Below, one piece after another: positions 62,111 through 64,000 of a stretch of DNA of 64,000 bases. Positions within the stretch are counted from its first letter, which is position 1. Every line of letters begins with the position of its first letter. Source of the stretch: Pseudomonadota bacterium (GTDB lineage Bacteria > Pseudomonadota > Alphaproteobacteria > Sphingomonadales > Sphingomonadaceae). Location of the stretch: the NCBI GenBank assembly GCA_021794525.1, contig JAJYQP010000076.1, positions 4,901 to 68,900 on the forward strand, given 5' to 3'. Both the position numbers and the translations under genes were made by a program. A model generated the notes under the pieces. That model ran no database searches and was not told the origin of the DNA. It saw nothing but the letters and a program-made list of their open reading frames with translations.

Positions 62111-63961
62111 TCAATGTTCCCGAGAGCCGTGAGCGGCCGCCTTCCTGCGCCCGAAACGCTTCAACCGCGCATCGAGGGAGAGCATGCGTTCGCGCAGCCG
62201 CCCCTGTTCGGCGATCGAGCCTTCCGGATCGTGCTCGAAACGCAGCGTGGCCGCCGCTAACGCGGCTTCCAGCGCGGGCCTTTCGACCAGCAGCGACACG
62301 GCCTCGGCCAAATCCTCGCGCGCTTGATCCGGAGAAGTGCCCTCATGGAGGAAGGCATAGTGATTTCTGTCCGGGAGGGCAGGCAAGCCGATTGGCGCTG
62401 ATATGGGCGATCCGCCGCGCGAATCAAGCGATTCCGACACCGCAATCAACGCATCGATGGCGGGTGCGACATTCGGATCGCTGCGTGCGAGTTCGACCAG
62501 CGCTTCCTCGTGTCGCGAAATCTCGTCCGGGTGGCGGGCGAGGCCGGCAATGACCGCGGCGGCAAAGGCATCGCGCGCGCCCCCTTGCGCCAGCCGCTGG
62601 AGTTTCGCCGTGATCTCGGGTGCGGAGCGTTGCGGCAGGTCGGCGCGGCGCTGGCCCGGTTTCCACTCCCGCTGCGGCCGGGGCGGGAAGGCGAAGGCGG
62701 AGAACCGCTCGAGCAGCTCGCGGCGATAGAGCACGCGGATGTCGGGGTGCTGGATTGTCTCGACATGCTCCAGCAGCCGCGCCTTGAGCCCGGCCTTGTC
62801 CTCGGGCGTGGCGAGCGGGGTGGCGGCCTGCTCGAACTGCCACAGCGCATCGGCGAGCGGTTGAGGATTGTCGAGCAGCGCCTCCATTGCCTTCGCGCCG
62901 TGCTGACGGACAAGATCATCCGGGTCGAGACCAGCGGGTAGTCGCACGATGCCGAGGGTATGGCCCGGGCGCAGCAAGGGTAGAGCACGGGCGATGGCCT
63001 TCAGCGCCGCCCGCTGGCCCGCCGCATCGCCGTCGAAGCATAGGATCGGGCGTTCGACCTGACGCCAGAGAAGCTCGAGCTGATGCTCGGTCAGCGCGGT
63101 GCCCATCGGCGCGACGGCTTCCGCGATCCCCGCCTGCGCCAGGGCGATCACGTCCATGTAGCCCTCGACGACCACGATCCGCCCGCTCTTTCGCGCGGCG
63201 GGCGCAGCGCGGTGGAGGTTGTAGAGCGTGCGCCCCTTGTCGAAGAGCGGGGTGTCGGGGCTGTTGAGATACTTCGCGCCGCCCCCGGTTTTGGCAACGT
63301 CCTTGGCCAGTGTGCGGCCCCCGAAGGCGATCACCTGGCCGCGGGCATTGTGGATGGGCAGCATCAGCCGCCCGCGGAAGCGATCGTAATGCTCCTTCCC
63401 GCCGTCCTTCGGCGCGATCCGCATCCCGGCCTCGACCAGCAGTGCCTCGTCAAAGCGGGCGAGGGCGGTCTTCATGGCCTGCCGCTCGTCAGGCGCGAAG
63501 CCGAAGCCGAATTCGCGCGCGGTCGCATCGGAAATTCTGCGCCGCTGGAGATAGGCGCGGGCCTCCGCCCCGTCGGCGGATCGGAGCCGGTCGACGAACC
63601 AGGCCTGCGCCGCCTCGGTCACATCGGTGAGCCCGGCGCGCTTTTCCGCCTGCTTTGCCGCGCGCGGATCGGGTGCCGGCACCTCCATGCCCGCCTCCGC
63701 CGCCAGCTCCTTCACTGCATCCATGAAGGCGAGGCCCTGGTGGTCGGTCAGCCACCGGATCGCATCGCCGTGCGCCTGGCAGCCGAAGCAGTGGTAGAAG
63801 CCCTTGGCATCGTTGACGTAGAAGCTGGGCGATTTCTCGTCATGGAACGGACAGCACGCCCGGAACTCGCGCCCCGCCTTCTGGAGCCGCACGCTCCGCC
63901 CGATCACCGCCGACAGCGTGATCCGCGCTCGGAGCGCGTCGAGCCATTGGGGAGTCAGCAT
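62111..63961 (-). CDS. dnaG: DNA primase
   Basis: [21 protein letters not shown]...[31 protein letters not shown] shows the zinc finger. A TOPRIM region follows ([12 protein letters not shown]). Confidence 0.96.
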   Translation of the reverse strand: MLTPQWLDALRARITLSAVIGRSVRLQKAGREFRACCPFHDEKSPSFYVNDAKGFYHCFGCQAHGDAIRWLTDHQGLAFMDAVKELAAEAGMEVPAPDPRAAKQAEKRAGLTDVTEAAQAWFVDRLRSADGAEARAYLQRRRISDATAREFGFGFAPDERQAMKTALARFDEALLVEAGMRIAPKDGGKEHYDRFRGRLMLPIHNARGQVIAFGGRTLAKDVAKTGGGAKYLNSPDTPLFDKGRTLYNLHRAAPAARKSGRIVVVEGYMDVIALAQAGIAEAVAPMGTALTEHQLELLWRQVERPILCFDGDAAGQRAALKAIARALPLLRPGHTLGIVRLPAGLDPDDLVRQHGAKAMEALLDNPQPLADALWQFEQAATPLATPEDKAGLKARLLEHVETIQHPDIRVLYRRELLERFSAFAFPPRPQREWKPGQRRADLPQRSAPEITAKLQRLAQGGARDAFAAAVIAGLARHPDEISRHEEALVELARSDPNVAPAIDALIAVSESLDSRGGSPISAPIGLPALPDRNHYAFLHEGTSPDQAREDLAEAVSLLVERPALEAALAAATLRFEHDPEGSIAEQGRLRERMLSLDARLKRFGRRKAAAHGSREH

Positions 63962-64000
63962 TGCTTGCGTTGGTCCTGAGGCGAGACACGCTCGTGCGGC

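Overview
This is a high-GC alphaproteobacterial chromosome segment. Gene order and protein sequences look Sphingomonadales/Erythrobacteraceae-like, which is an inference from synteny and no search was run. The window is dense housekeeping DNA with about 62 protein genes and one tRNA-Arg(CCT). From start to end: gltX (partial), comEC, lexA with an alpha-type SOS box, and a long minus-strand run ppiD-trpE-hydrolase-DUF2233-pip-trpG-trpD-trpC-moaC-moeA. Then tpiA-secG-pyrG, an Hsp20 gene with a sigma32-type promoter, grxC-nit-DUF1178, hppD, ftsB-pdhA-pdhB, and an orphan tadG(VWA)-tadE-tadE operon. Next comes a branched-chain amino acid block on the minus strand (miaA, ilvB-ilvN-ilvC-leuA-amidohydrolase-NMO), then serB, bfd-bfr with a Fur-like box, purL, xseB-ispA-coaD, a PPIase and queA. 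The window ends with an ABC-2 exporter, a DUF481 OMP, tgt, an S9 peptidase, rpsD, nrdR, glyA-rpiB and rpoD-dnaG. I saw no rRNA, CRISPR array, IS element, integrase, phage or plasmid genes. I found no convincing evidence of a novel multi-gene system. What the gene calls do not explain is mostly non-coding. There are two families of palindromic intergenic repeats (REP/BIME-like), one of which supplies the ilvN Shine-Dalgarno. A cluster of GTGACA/TGTCAC repeats lies upstream of moaC. An orphan promoter-terminator unit between pyrG and hsp20 may encode a small RNA. A 19-bp duplication of the tRNA-Arg 3' end sits beside that tRNA. trpE has no canonical start codon for its conserved N-terminus. The miaA and serB start codons overlap in one CATG. 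Three decayed gene remnants are present (nitroreductase, EAL domain, alpha/beta hydrolase). Many long ORFs in the supplied track are antisense shadow ORFs typical of high-GC DNA and were not called. All functional calls rest on my recognition of motifs and families in the translations. No database search was run.
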